54,321 nucleotides of DNA. It comes from Candidatus Eiseniibacteriota bacterium. Lineage in GTDB: Bacteria > Eisenbacteria > RBG-16-71-46. The position numbers and the translations under genes are program-made. The DNA is taken from positions 1 to 54,321 of the forward strand of contig JBGAOB010000004.1 in assembly GCA_044222045.1 (NCBI GenBank), in the 5' to 3' direction. Under the pieces are notes generated by a model, which was not told where the DNA came from, did not search any database, and saw only the letters and a list, made by a program, of their open reading frames with translations. Below are positions 16,579-26,852 of the stretch, in pieces. Position 1 is the stretch's first letter, and every line of letters starts with the position of its first letter.

Positions 16579-18519
16579 GTGCACCGCACCGCATCGATCC
16601 TGCTGAGCCTGTCGCTGGTGTACGCGCCGGCGCTCGCACGCACGCCCGTGCCGATGCCGGCGCCCCCTGCCGCCGAATCGCTGCTCGTGAGCGCGTCGCG
16701 CCGCATGACGAGCGACGATCCCGCGCAGCGCCGATTCGCCCTCGACGAGCTGGACCGCGCCGTCGCGATGGCGCCGCGCGATCCGCGCGTGATGCTGATG
16801 GCGGGCCGGGCGCACCTCGACGCGGGCGAGTACACGCGCGCACGTGAGTGCTTCCGGCGCGGCTCCGAGCTGACGCCCGACGATCCGCGCCCGCTCGTGG
16901 GCCTGGCCGAAGCGGCGCGCCGCGACTGGCTCGTGGTGATGGACTCCACGCGCTTCGTGGAAGCGCTCGAGGCTCTGCGCACGGCCGCCGAGCGCTCGCC
17001 GGGCGTGGCCGAGCCGTGGTTCCGGCTCGCGCCGCTCGAATACGAGCACGGCGACTTGCGGCGCGCGGGACTCGCCGCCGAACGCGCGTTCGCGCTGCAG
17101 CCCGACGACGCGCAGGCCGAGCTCGCGTGCGCGTACCTGCACTTTCGCGCCGGTCGCCTCGCGCTCGCGGACAGCCTGTTCGAGGACGCGCTGCCGCGCC
17201 TGTCGCCCGCGTTCCGGAAGCGCCTGGGCGATCTCTCGCCGCTCCTTTCCGAGGAGGACGTGGATCGCTGGTCGCTGATGACTCCCGCGGAGCGCGACAC
17301 GTTCGCGATGCGGTTCTGGCGCGCGAACGATCCCGACCCCACGACGGCCGTGAACGAAGCGCGGCTGGAGTTCCGCTCGCGCGTCGCGCACGTGCTGCTG
17401 CTCTTCTCGAAGGGCGCCTCGGTGTCGTGGGACATGCGTGCCGAGTTGTACGCACGCTACGGCGCGCCCGCGGAGGTCGCGAGCGTCGATTCCCGCGATC
17501 TCACGAGCAGCATGGGCGGCATGACGCACTCGCAGGACGGCATCGGCCCGCGCGGCATTCCGGCGGGCGTTCCCACGCGCAGCCTCCGGTGGAGCCGCCC
17601 CGATCTCGGCATCACGCAACTGCTCACCGAGCCCGGGATCGGCACGCGCTTCGCGACGCGGAACGACGATCCCGACGCCCGGCTCGGCGAGGTCGCCATG
17701 CGACGGAACGACCTGCTCCCGGCGGGCGGCGGCCGCGCCGTCTTCTCCACGTTGCCGCCGGGCGCCACGCCCCTCGACGTGGCGGGCAGCGTGCATCGCT
17801 TCCCGGGCGAGCGGCTGACGCGACTGTTCGCGTTCGTCACCGCGCCCGGCGCTCCCGCCGACACGCTCGATGCCGACTGCGTGGTGCTGGACTCCGACGA
17901 CCGGCCCGTCGCCCGCGCCTCGCGACGGCTGGGACCGTCGGCATGCGACCCAACGCACGTGCGCACGGGCGAGTTCGGCTTCGACCTGCCCGCGGGCGAG
18001 TACCGCGTGGCGCTCGCGGTGTCGGACGGGCGCGGCGGGCGCGGCACGCTGCGACGCGCCGAGCACCTCGAATCGCGCGATCCCGGCGCGCTCGAGGTGA
18101 GCGACGTGGTCGTGGTGTGCCGCCCGCCGGCCGCGGCGCCCACGTCGGGCACGGTGGTGCTCGACCCCGATCCGCGCGCGCTGCCGCCGCCGGGCGTCCC
18201 GCTGTCGGTGTACTTCGAGATCCGCGGGCTCGCGCGCGACGGCGACGCGCCGTCGCACTTCGAGATCCGCTACACGGCGACTCCGCTGTCGGAGCGCCGG
18301 CGGCCGTCGTGGATCCAGCGCACGCTGGGCGCGCGCGAACGCCACTTCCTGAACGCACGCAGCGAGGACACGTTCGCCGGCGACGTGCGGCGGCAGTTCA
18401 TCTCGCTGCCGCTGCGCGACCTGCCGGCGGGTGAGTACCGACTCGACGTGCACGTGCGCGACCTGGGCAACGGCGCGGAGCAGACACGCTCGGTGCGCTT
18501 CGAGAAGACGTGGTCGTGA
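16579..18519 (+). CDS. TPR + GWxTD-domain secreted protein
   Basis: TPR helices. FWRANDPDPTTAVNEARLEFRSRV...SWDMRAELYARYGAP, followed by C-terminal Ig-like domains. Confidence 0.8.
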   Translation: MHRTASILLSLSLVYAPALARTPVPMPAPPAAESLLVSASRRMTSDDPAQRRFALDELDRAVAMAPRDPRVMLMAGRAHLDAGEYTRARECFRRGSELTPDDPRPLVGLAEAARRDWLVVMDSTRFVEALEALRTAAERSPGVAEPWFRLAPLEYEHGDLRRAGLAAERAFALQPDDAQAELACAYLHFRAGRLALADSLFEDALPRLSPAFRKRLGDLSPLLSEEDVDRWSLMTPAERDTFAMRFWRANDPDPTTAVNEARLEFRSRVAHVLLLFSKGASVSWDMRAELYARYGAPAEVASVDSRDLTSSMGGMTHSQDGIGPRGIPAGVPTRSLRWSRPDLGITQLLTEPGIGTRFATRNDDPDARLGEVAMRRNDLLPAGGGRAVFSTLPPGATPLDVAGSVHRFPGERLTRLFAFVTAPGAPADTLDADCVVLDSDDRPVARASRRLGPSACDPTHVRTGEFGFDLPAGEYRVALAVSDGRGGRGTLRRAEHLESRDPGALEVSDVVVVCRPPAAAPTSGTVVLDPDPRALPPPGVPLSVYFEIRGLARDGDAPSHFEIRYTATPLSERRRPSWIQRTLGARERHFLNARSEDTFAGDVRRQFISLPLRDLPAGEYRLDVHVRDLGNGAEQTRSVRFEKTWS

Positions 18520-18538
18520 GCGGACTGTCCGCCTGCGC

Positions 18539-19492
18539 TCACCAGCACTTCGGCCCTACGAGCACGTCCGCGATCACGCGCGCGAGGTCGCCGGAGTCGT
18601 TCGTGCCGATGCGACCCATCGCGGCATCACCGGCGCCGCCGCTGCAGTTGCCCATCGCGATGCCGAGCGAGAACTCGCGCAGCATCTCGGCATCGTTGCC
18701 GCTGTCGCCGAACGCCACCAGGCGCGTCGGGCGCTCCGCGAGCGTCGCCAGCCCGGCGCGGATCGCGGCGGCCTTCGACACGCCGGGCGCGAGCGCCTCC
18801 ACCGTGCCCTTGCCGCTGCGCACCACCTTGGCGTGGCGGCCGAGCGCCGCGCGCACGGCACGCTCCAGCGTGTCGGCCGCCGCGGAGTCGCGCGCGAACG
18901 CGAGCAGCTTGAGCGGCGGCTCCTGCACGCCCGCGCTGCTGCGCGTCGACCACGGCTGCGACTCGAGCGGCAGGCGGTAGGAGCGCGCGAAGTCGGCTTC
19001 GGTCGCGGTGCCGAGCACGCCCCACGTGTGCGTGCGCGACTGCACGAGCACGCCGGTGGCGCCGCTCACGCCGCGGAACGCCTGCGCCGCTCGCGCGACC
19101 GCGGCGGTCTTCATCGGCCACGACGCGAGCAGCCGGCCGTCGGGCGTCTCCACGAGCGCGCCGTTGAACAGCACCACCGGGAGGTCGGCGTGCAGCGCGA
19201 CGATCGCCGCGTCCGCCTGTGCCCGCACGCGGCCCGTGGCGATGCCCACGCGCCCACCGCAGGCCTGGAAGCGTTGCACGGCCGCGGCCGTCGCGGCGGG
19301 CACGCTGCCCGTTCCATCCAGCGTGGTGCCGTCGAGGTCGAGCACGACGGCCTGCACGCGCAGTCGCAGGTCGGCGTGCGCCGGGATGGCCGCGGCGAGC
19401 ACCAGCGCGGTCGTCAGCAGCAGCCCGGCGAGCACGCCGCGCGGCGCGCGTCCCGGCGAAGTCCGGCTCGTGTCGTTCGTACACGTGTTCAT
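18539..19492 (-). CDS. Cof-type HAD-IIB hydrolase with N-terminal signal peptide
   Basis: DLDGTT, ATGR, NGA, GVSKA, FGDSGNDAEM, AMGN. Hydrophobic GVLAGLLLTTALVLAAAIPAHA precedes the domain; GGAGGT RBS. Confidence 0.85.
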   Translation of the reverse strand: MNTCTNDTSRTSPGRAPRGVLAGLLLTTALVLAAAIPAHADLRLRVQAVVLDLDGTTLDGTGSVPAATAAAVQRFQACGGRVGIATGRVRAQADAAIVALHADLPVVLFNGALVETPDGRLLASWPMKTAAVARAAQAFRGVSGATGVLVQSRTHTWGVLGTATEADFARSYRLPLESQPWSTRSSAGVQEPPLKLLAFARDSAAADTLERAVRAALGRHAKVVRSGKGTVEALAPGVSKAAAIRAGLATLAERPTRLVAFGDSGNDAEMLREFSLGIAMGNCSGGAGDAAMGRIGTNDSGDLARVIADVLVGPKCW

Positions 19493-19779
19493 CGCGACAC
19501 CTCCGCGGGCAGAGTGGACCGGCCGGGCGGATCGTTCAAACGAGCTCCACGCTCGCAACTCGAGTTGCGAGGCGTGCACGATCCGACCGCGCTCGTCCGC
19601 CGGAATGGCAGGTCGTGCGGCGGCATCGGCCGCGCCGGCCGAGCTCGACGGGAATTCCGAGTCTCGACACACGATCTTCGTTGTCGGCCCGCCGCCCTTC
19701 CACTAGGTTCGGCCCGCTCTCCTCCCTCTCCCTCGCCCGTCGTGAAGCGTCCCAGCCCCCCTTCACCGCGAGGAAGTCC

Positions 19780-21087
19780 ATGACGCCGCACCTCCGCGTG
19801 ATGACCGCGCTGCTCCTGCTCGCCGCCGTCACCACCACACGCGCCACCGCCGCCACCGTGACCGAGCTGCCGGGCCTGCCGATCCCGCCGGCGACGAATC
19901 CTCCGTACTCCGCCACGTGGCGACCCGTGCACATCAATGCATCGGGGAACGTGGTCGGCACGGTCGTGTTCTCCCGCAAACCATGCCCGCGCTGCGCGGC
20001 CGTCGTCGTCCGGCGCTCGTTCCAGGTCGTGAACGGCATCACCACGCAGGTGGGGCCCGACGACTACATCGCCGTCACGAGCAACGACGCGGACGACATC
20101 GCATTCAACTGGTACGACCCGTGGATCACGGGTGCGAACTGGGCCTTCCTGTACCACGACGGCGTGATGACGCCGCTCGACACGATCCCGCACGTCGTGG
20201 TGGACCTCACGAACCTGGGGCAGGTGTCGTACGGACCGTTCATCAACGACCACGGCGTGATCGCCTCGATGGCGAGCGACAACGAGCACGGCAACCACGC
20301 GTTCAAGTACGCGGCCGGTGTTCCGATGCTCGACCTCAACTGCAGCGCGCCGTCGCCGGAGTTCGAGTGCATGACCGGCTACGACACCGGCTTCGACCGC
20401 CTGCACGATCTGAACGACGGCGCCACCGTGGCCGACGCGATGGCGGTGGGCGAGGACCGCGGCAATCCGTGGTCCTCCAGCATCGGCCCGCAGGCCGCGT
20501 TCGTGGGCTGGCAGGGCCACACCACCTACCTGTCGTCCGGCTACACGGCGGCGGCACTGGCGGTGAACGACCACGGGCTCATCGTGGGCTACGACGACGG
20601 ACAGGCCGTGCTCTGGGCGCCCACCGGGTTCGGCGAGTGGACCGAGCACACAGTGGCTTCGCTCGCGAACGATCCGAGCTGGACGTTCTCGCAGGCGACC
20701 AGCGTGAACGACGCGGGCGAGGTGGTGGGCGTCGGCACGCACAACGGCGTGGCCGCGATGTTCCGGCTGTCCGGTGGCCTCGTCGCCGCCGAGGCACCGC
20801 GGGCCGGCGCCGGCCTGCGGCTGGGCGCGAGCCCCAACCCCGCGCGCGGCGCCGTGCACTTCCGCGGCGTCACCCCGGGCGGCGTCGACGGCACGGCGCG
20901 CATCGCGGTGCTGGATCTCGCCGGCCGCCGCGTGACGAGCCTCGAGGCGCCGATCGTGAACGGCACGTTCGACGCGGGCTGGGATGGCCGCGCCGCGAAC
21001 GGCGACGCGCTTCGGGCGGGCATGTACTTCGCGCGCATCGAAGTCGCCGGGCAGGTGGCCCGGACCACGGTGATGCTGGCGCGCTGA
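19780..21087 (+). CDS. Secreted HAF-like extracellular repeat (propeller) protein with C-terminal FlgD-Ig domain
   Basis: INASGNVVG / INDHGVI / VNDHGLIVG / VNDAGEVVG repeats. SPNPARG...LDLAGRRV...WDGRAANG...GMYF. Confidence 0.8.
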   Translation: MTPHLRVMTALLLLAAVTTTRATAATVTELPGLPIPPATNPPYSATWRPVHINASGNVVGTVVFSRKPCPRCAAVVVRRSFQVVNGITTQVGPDDYIAVTSNDADDIAFNWYDPWITGANWAFLYHDGVMTPLDTIPHVVVDLTNLGQVSYGPFINDHGVIASMASDNEHGNHAFKYAAGVPMLDLNCSAPSPEFECMTGYDTGFDRLHDLNDGATVADAMAVGEDRGNPWSSSIGPQAAFVGWQGHTTYLSSGYTAAALAVNDHGLIVGYDDGQAVLWAPTGFGEWTEHTVASLANDPSWTFSQATSVNDAGEVVGVGTHNGVAAMFRLSGGLVAAEAPRAGAGLRLGASPNPARGAVHFRGVTPGGVDGTARIAVLDLAGRRVTSLEAPIVNGTFDAGWDGRAANGDALRAGMYFARIEVAGQVARTTVMLAR

Positions 21088-21153
21088 CGGAACTTCCCCC
21101 CGTCGCCCCTGCCGGGGCGACGTGCTCGGGCGGGGCGGCCCCCGCCGCCCCGC

Positions 21154-21516
21154 TCAGATCCAGTCGAAGCGCTTCACCTCGCGCGGGTCCGCCACGCCAC
21201 CCGTGTGCCGGATGCCCGAGGGCTCCACGAGCACGAAGCGGCACTCGTCCGTGGCGCGCGGCCGATGCTCCACGCCCTTCGGCACCACGCACAGCTCGCC
21301 GGGGCCGAGCACCACCTCGCCGTCGCGCAGCTCGATCGTCATCGAGCCTTCGATCACCAGGAACAGCTCGTCCTCGTGCTCGTGCGCGTGCCACACGAAC
21401 TCGCCCTGCATGCGGCCCACCTTCACGTCGCAGCCGTCCACCTGCGCCACGATGCGCGGGCTCCACAGTTCGGGCACCATCGCCAGCTTCTCGGCCAGGT
21501 TCACCTTCGTCAGCAT
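21154..21516 (-). CDS. Cupin domain protein
   Basis: GEFVWHAHEHEDELFLV...GELCVVPKGVEHRP. Confidence 0.9.
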   Translation of the reverse strand: MLTKVNLAEKLAMVPELWSPRIVAQVDGCDVKVGRMQGEFVWHAHEHEDELFLVIEGSMTIELRDGEVVLGPGELCVVPKGVEHRPRATDECRFVLVEPSGIRHTGGVADPREVKRFDWI

Positions 21517-21605
21517 GCGTCCCCCCTGCGCGAAAGGCTCGAAACGGCTCGGGCCGCCCGCAGGCGGCCCGTCGGTCGTCGTGATCCGGGCGCGCGCCCG
21601 CGACC

Positions 21606-22976
<1,371 letters not shown>

Positions 22977-23138
22977 GAAACCTCCGAAAACAGGGTTGAG
23001 GCCGGCAGAGTGCGGGATCGGCGCGGCCGTGTCGAATCGCGGAGGCGGCGCCGGCGGGCGGTCCGAACACCCCGCCCGGGCGTCACGGGCCCCGCCGCGA
23101 CGCCGGAGCGCGCTGCCGTCGTTCGACTTGGCTCCCGG

Positions 23139-25907
23139 CTACGGCGCCACGGAGAAGCGCTGCGTGGCCACGCGGCCGCCCGCGCGCAGCTCGGCCACGT
23201 ACACGCCGGGCGGGACGGCCCGGCCGGCGCGCGTGCGCAGATCCCACGCGGCGGTCGCGGGGCCGGCGGCGCGCACGGCGCGAAGCGGCTCCGCCACGCG
23301 GCGGCCGCTCACGTCGTACACGCGCAGCGTGACCGGGCCGCGCGAGGGCAGATCGAACGCGAAGCTCACGCGCGAGCGTGCCGGGTTCGGCGCCGGCGCC
23401 GCGAAGCGAAGCGCGTTCGCCGCGGGCGGCTCGACGCCCGCGCTCGCGTCGCGGCGCAGCACGATCGCGTCGTGCGCGGCGAGCGTCACCGCGTTCGCGG
23501 CGGACCCGTCGTTCCAGCGCGCGGCCGACTCCACGTACACGGCATCGGCGCCGCAGCGCCCACTCGGGCACGTGAGCCGCACCTGCACGTCCTGCCCCGG
23601 TGCGAGCGTCGCGGTGGCCACGCCGTGCCACGCGTCACCGCCGCTGCGCTGGCTCCACGTGCTGCCGCCCACCACCGCGCCGTTCACGAGCAGGTCCCAC
23701 CGCGTGTCGGGCGCCCACGTGGCGGAGTCGGTGGCGTTCGGCCACCACGCGCTCACCGTGTACGTGCCCGCCACCGGCACGCTCACCGGCCAACGCGCCT
23801 CGCCGGGCCCCGAGGCGAGCCAGTGCAGCGAGTCGCCGAAGCTGTGGAAGAACGGGCCCGCCGCCTTCCACTCGCCGCTGTCCACCGCGCGCCGCGTCCA
23901 CGCACCCGCCGGCGTGGTGAACGCGGCCACGCTGTCGTCCACGATGGCCTGCACGAGCGGCGTGCGCGCGCCCGCGAGCCGGCGGAAGCCCGGGCCCAGC
24001 GCGATCGTCTGCGGCGCGTCGGTGGCGTTCAGCAGCACGATGCCGCGCTCGAAGTCGCGCCGCATCAGGTCGGGAGCGCGGCGCGTCAGCGACACGTCGT
24101 CGATCCACACGCTGCCGGTGGCCGCGCCCAGCAGGAACTGCACGCGCGCGTCGGAACCGCCGCGCGTGGCCACGAACGGCAGCGTGTGCGGCGCCCAGTC
24201 GGCGCCCACGGGCACGTTCGCCTGCAGGCCGAACGGCTCCCAGTCCGGGGCGTTCCGCAGCGAGGTCACCTGCATCGTGCGCGGGCTCGACGCCTTCGCC
24301 CAGAACGTCAGTTCGTAGGCCACGCCGGCCTCCAGCGTGCGCGCGTCCTGGCGGAACTCCACCTGCCACGCCTCGCCCGGCGCCGCGGTCACGTCCACGC
24401 GCGCCGACGCCGCGCCCGCGTGCGCCACGGCGGCGTCGCGCGTGTCCGAGGCGGCGTAGCCGGCGCCGGTCCACAGGCCCCACGGCTCCACGATCGCGCT
24501 CTCGAAACCGGGGTTCACGATCGCGTTCGGCCCCGGCTCCACCACGCCGCCCACGTGCTGCGCCGCCCCCTGCGGCACACCGAGGTCGAAGTCGTACTCG
24601 TCGTACCACCACGTCTGGCCGTGATCGGTGTCACCCCACTCGTAGGCGGTGTAGCCGTCACGCATCAACGTGAGGCCGAACGCGAAGCGCATCCACGGCC
24701 CGAAGTCGCGCGCGAACGCCGCGCTCGCGGGCTTTGCCTTCGTGAGCGGGTCGTAGTCGTAGCCGTACGCGAACAGGTCGATCGGCGAACCTTCCTGCAT
24801 GTTCAGCCGCGGCGCACGCGCGGCGGTGGACCACGTGGCGTACGTGCCCTCCACCGCCGGGTACGACTCCTCGTGCTCGATCACGTTCGCGGGGCTGAAG
24901 CCCACGCTGATGCCGTTGAACACCGCCAGCAGCCGCGGCTCGGTCACGTCCATGGCGTGGCCGCTCATCAGGATGTCGGGGCTCCGCGCGCGGATCGCCT
25001 CCACCTCGCGCAGCACGCCGGCGCGCCACGCCGCGTCGAACACCGCCGGGTCGTCGGGCAGGCCGTTGCCGTCGGCGTCGATCTGCACCGGGTTCCCGTA
25101 GATGTCGGTGTCCTGCCACGACTGCGACAGGAAGACGTTGTCCACGAACACGCCGTCGTGGATGAAGCCCGCTTCGGCCAGCTTCGCGTACGCCCAGTCG
25201 GCCTGGAAGTCGGCGACCTCGTTCCGCGTCAGGTTCAGCCGGTAGGAGCCCGGCCACACCTCGATGCGGTGGCCGTTCACGTCATGCAGGAAGTAGCTCT
25301 CGGGGATCGCGTTCGTGTAGGGCTCGACCGCGTTCATGGAGAGCAGGAACAGCGCGTTCGGGTTCAGCGTGCGCAGCTGGAAGAAGTCGTTCGCGACGTC
25401 GGGCAGCTGCGCGAGGTCCCACAGGTCGGCGCCCAGCCACAGGTCCACGCGCGCGCGGTCGGCGAGCGAGCGGCCCTCCTCGTACTTCCACTTGCCCCAG
25501 CCCCACAGGTTGCCGATGCGCGGATACCCGGGGTTCGCGTTCGCGCGCGCGCGCCAGCGCATCACCAGCACGGACTCCGGCTGCGCGGCGCAGCGCACGT
25601 ACACGGTGGTCACCACGCGCGGGTCGGGGTCGATCGCGAGCGGCGTGTGGTGCACGGCGGTGCCCGCGCCCTGAGCGAACGGCGTCATCTGCGCGAAGGG
25701 CCGGTCGAGGCCGATCGCGTACGCCACGCTCGTGGGCACGGCCGACGACACCGTGAACGCCACGCTCGACGTGCCGGGCGCCAGGACGTTGCTGATCGGG
25801 CTCGGGCTCACGAGCGGGTGCGCGCCGGCGGCGGGCGCGAGGGCGAGCGCGGCGAGCAGCAGCGGCGCGGCGAGGCGGGCGACGGACCGTCGGCGTGGAG
25901 CGTGCAT
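23139..25907 (-). CDS. Secreted putative glycoside hydrolase (GHL15-like) with CBM4/9-like and second CBM-like domains and C-terminal FlgD-Ig
   Basis: Signal peptide. HDGVFVDN, MRFAFGLTL, WWYDEYDFDLG...RRDFERGIVLLN. CBM-like NAIVNPGFE...YELTFWAKA...VWIDDVSL. C-terminal PNPARS...YDVSGRRV...GVY. Confidence 0.7.
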   Translation of the reverse strand: MHAPRRRSVARLAAPLLLAALALAPAAGAHPLVSPSPISNVLAPGTSSVAFTVSSAVPTSVAYAIGLDRPFAQMTPFAQGAGTAVHHTPLAIDPDPRVVTTVYVRCAAQPESVLVMRWRARANANPGYPRIGNLWGWGKWKYEEGRSLADRARVDLWLGADLWDLAQLPDVANDFFQLRTLNPNALFLLSMNAVEPYTNAIPESYFLHDVNGHRIEVWPGSYRLNLTRNEVADFQADWAYAKLAEAGFIHDGVFVDNVFLSQSWQDTDIYGNPVQIDADGNGLPDDPAVFDAAWRAGVLREVEAIRARSPDILMSGHAMDVTEPRLLAVFNGISVGFSPANVIEHEESYPAVEGTYATWSTAARAPRLNMQEGSPIDLFAYGYDYDPLTKAKPASAAFARDFGPWMRFAFGLTLMRDGYTAYEWGDTDHGQTWWYDEYDFDLGVPQGAAQHVGGVVEPGPNAIVNPGFESAIVEPWGLWTGAGYAASDTRDAAVAHAGAASARVDVTAAPGEAWQVEFRQDARTLEAGVAYELTFWAKASSPRTMQVTSLRNAPDWEPFGLQANVPVGADWAPHTLPFVATRGGSDARVQFLLGAATGSVWIDDVSLTRRAPDLMRRDFERGIVLLNATDAPQTIALGPGFRRLAGARTPLVQAIVDDSVAAFTTPAGAWTRRAVDSGEWKAAGPFFHSFGDSLHWLASGPGEARWPVSVPVAGTYTVSAWWPNATDSATWAPDTRWDLLVNGAVVGGSTWSQRSGGDAWHGVATATLAPGQDVQVRLTCPSGRCGADAVYVESAARWNDGSAANAVTLAAHDAIVLRRDASAGVEPPAANALRFAAPAPNPARSRVSFAFDLPSRGPVTLRVYDVSGRRVAEPLRAVRAAGPATAAWDLRTRAGRAVPPGVYVAELRAGGRVATQRFSVAP

Positions 25908-26075
25908 GGCGTCCTCTCGTGCCGCGCGCCGCTTCGCGCCGGTGGGAGCGGACCGCGGCGGTGGCGGGCACGGCCGCACCGTAGCCGAGAGCGCGACCCC
26001 GGGTGAAGCCCGAACGTCGCGGGCGCCGCGACGCGGTGTTCCGCGCGGCGGCGCCCGGTGACCGTCTCGCGTCCG

Positions 26076-26852
26076 TCACCGCAGGCGGCGACGCACCTCC
26101 GCCGCGCGGCGCTCGCTGGCTTCCACGCGCGTGCCGTCCTTCAGTCGCAGCACCAGCACGCCGTCCTCGGCGCCGTAGCTCTCGATGGCGTTCACGTTCA
26201 CGAGTGCACCGCGGTGCACGCGCACGAACTGGCCCTCGGGCAGCCGGCCCTCCAGTTCCTGCAGCGTGTAGTCCACGAGGAACTCCTTGCCCTCGCTGCG
26301 CGCCAGCACCAGCCGGTCGCGGCTGAACACCAGCGGCACGTCCGCCAGGTCGAGCAGCTTCACCTCGCGCCGGTGCCGCACGGGCAGCCGCAGCAGCGGC
26401 GGCGAGTTGTCGCGCACGGATTCGTTCGACAGCGCCTCGCGCACGGCGGCGGCGTTGCCGCTGCGGCGCGCGCCCTGCTGCGCCTCGCGCGTCACGCGCT
26501 GCACGGTCTCGGCCAGCCGCTCGCGGCGGATCGGCTTGAGGACGTAGTCCAGCGCCGCCAGCTCGAACGCCTCGATCGCGTGCTGGTCGTACGCGGTCAC
26601 GAACACGATCACGGGCGCGTCCTCGCCCTTCAGGTGGCGCGCCACCTCGAGCCCCGACAGGTCGGGCATGTGGATGTCGAGGAACGCGACGTCGGGACGC
26701 TGCTTGGCGATCAGCTGCAGCGCCTCGGCCCCGCCGCGCGCCGCGCCCACCACCTCCACGTTCTCGTGCTCGCCCAGCAGCTTCTCCAGGAACTGCCGAG
26801 CGCGCGGCTCGTCGTCGGCGATCACCACACGCAGTCGCGTCACCGTGGTCAC
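26076..26852 (-). CDS. LytTR-family response regulator
   Basis: IADDEPRAR, FLDIHMP, FVTAY, DYVLKP and LytTR FVRVHRGALVN. GTG start with GGAGG RBS. Confidence 0.93.
   Translation of the reverse strand: MTTVTRLRVVIADDEPRARQFLEKLLGEHENVEVVGAARGGAEALQLIAKQRPDVAFLDIHMPDLSGLEVARHLKGEDAPVIVFVTAYDQHAIEAFELAALDYVLKPIRRERLAETVQRVTREAQQGARRSGNAAAVREALSNESVRDNSPPLLRLPVRHRREVKLLDLADVPLVFSRDRLVLARSEGKEFLVDYTLQELEGRLPEGQFVRVHRGALVNVNAIESYGAEDGVLVLRLKDGTRVEASERRAAEVRRRLR

Noticed and set aside
19675-19706. CAACGAA (minus strand) upstream of the HAD gene
   Set aside because: There is no TGTCACA at the required spacing.
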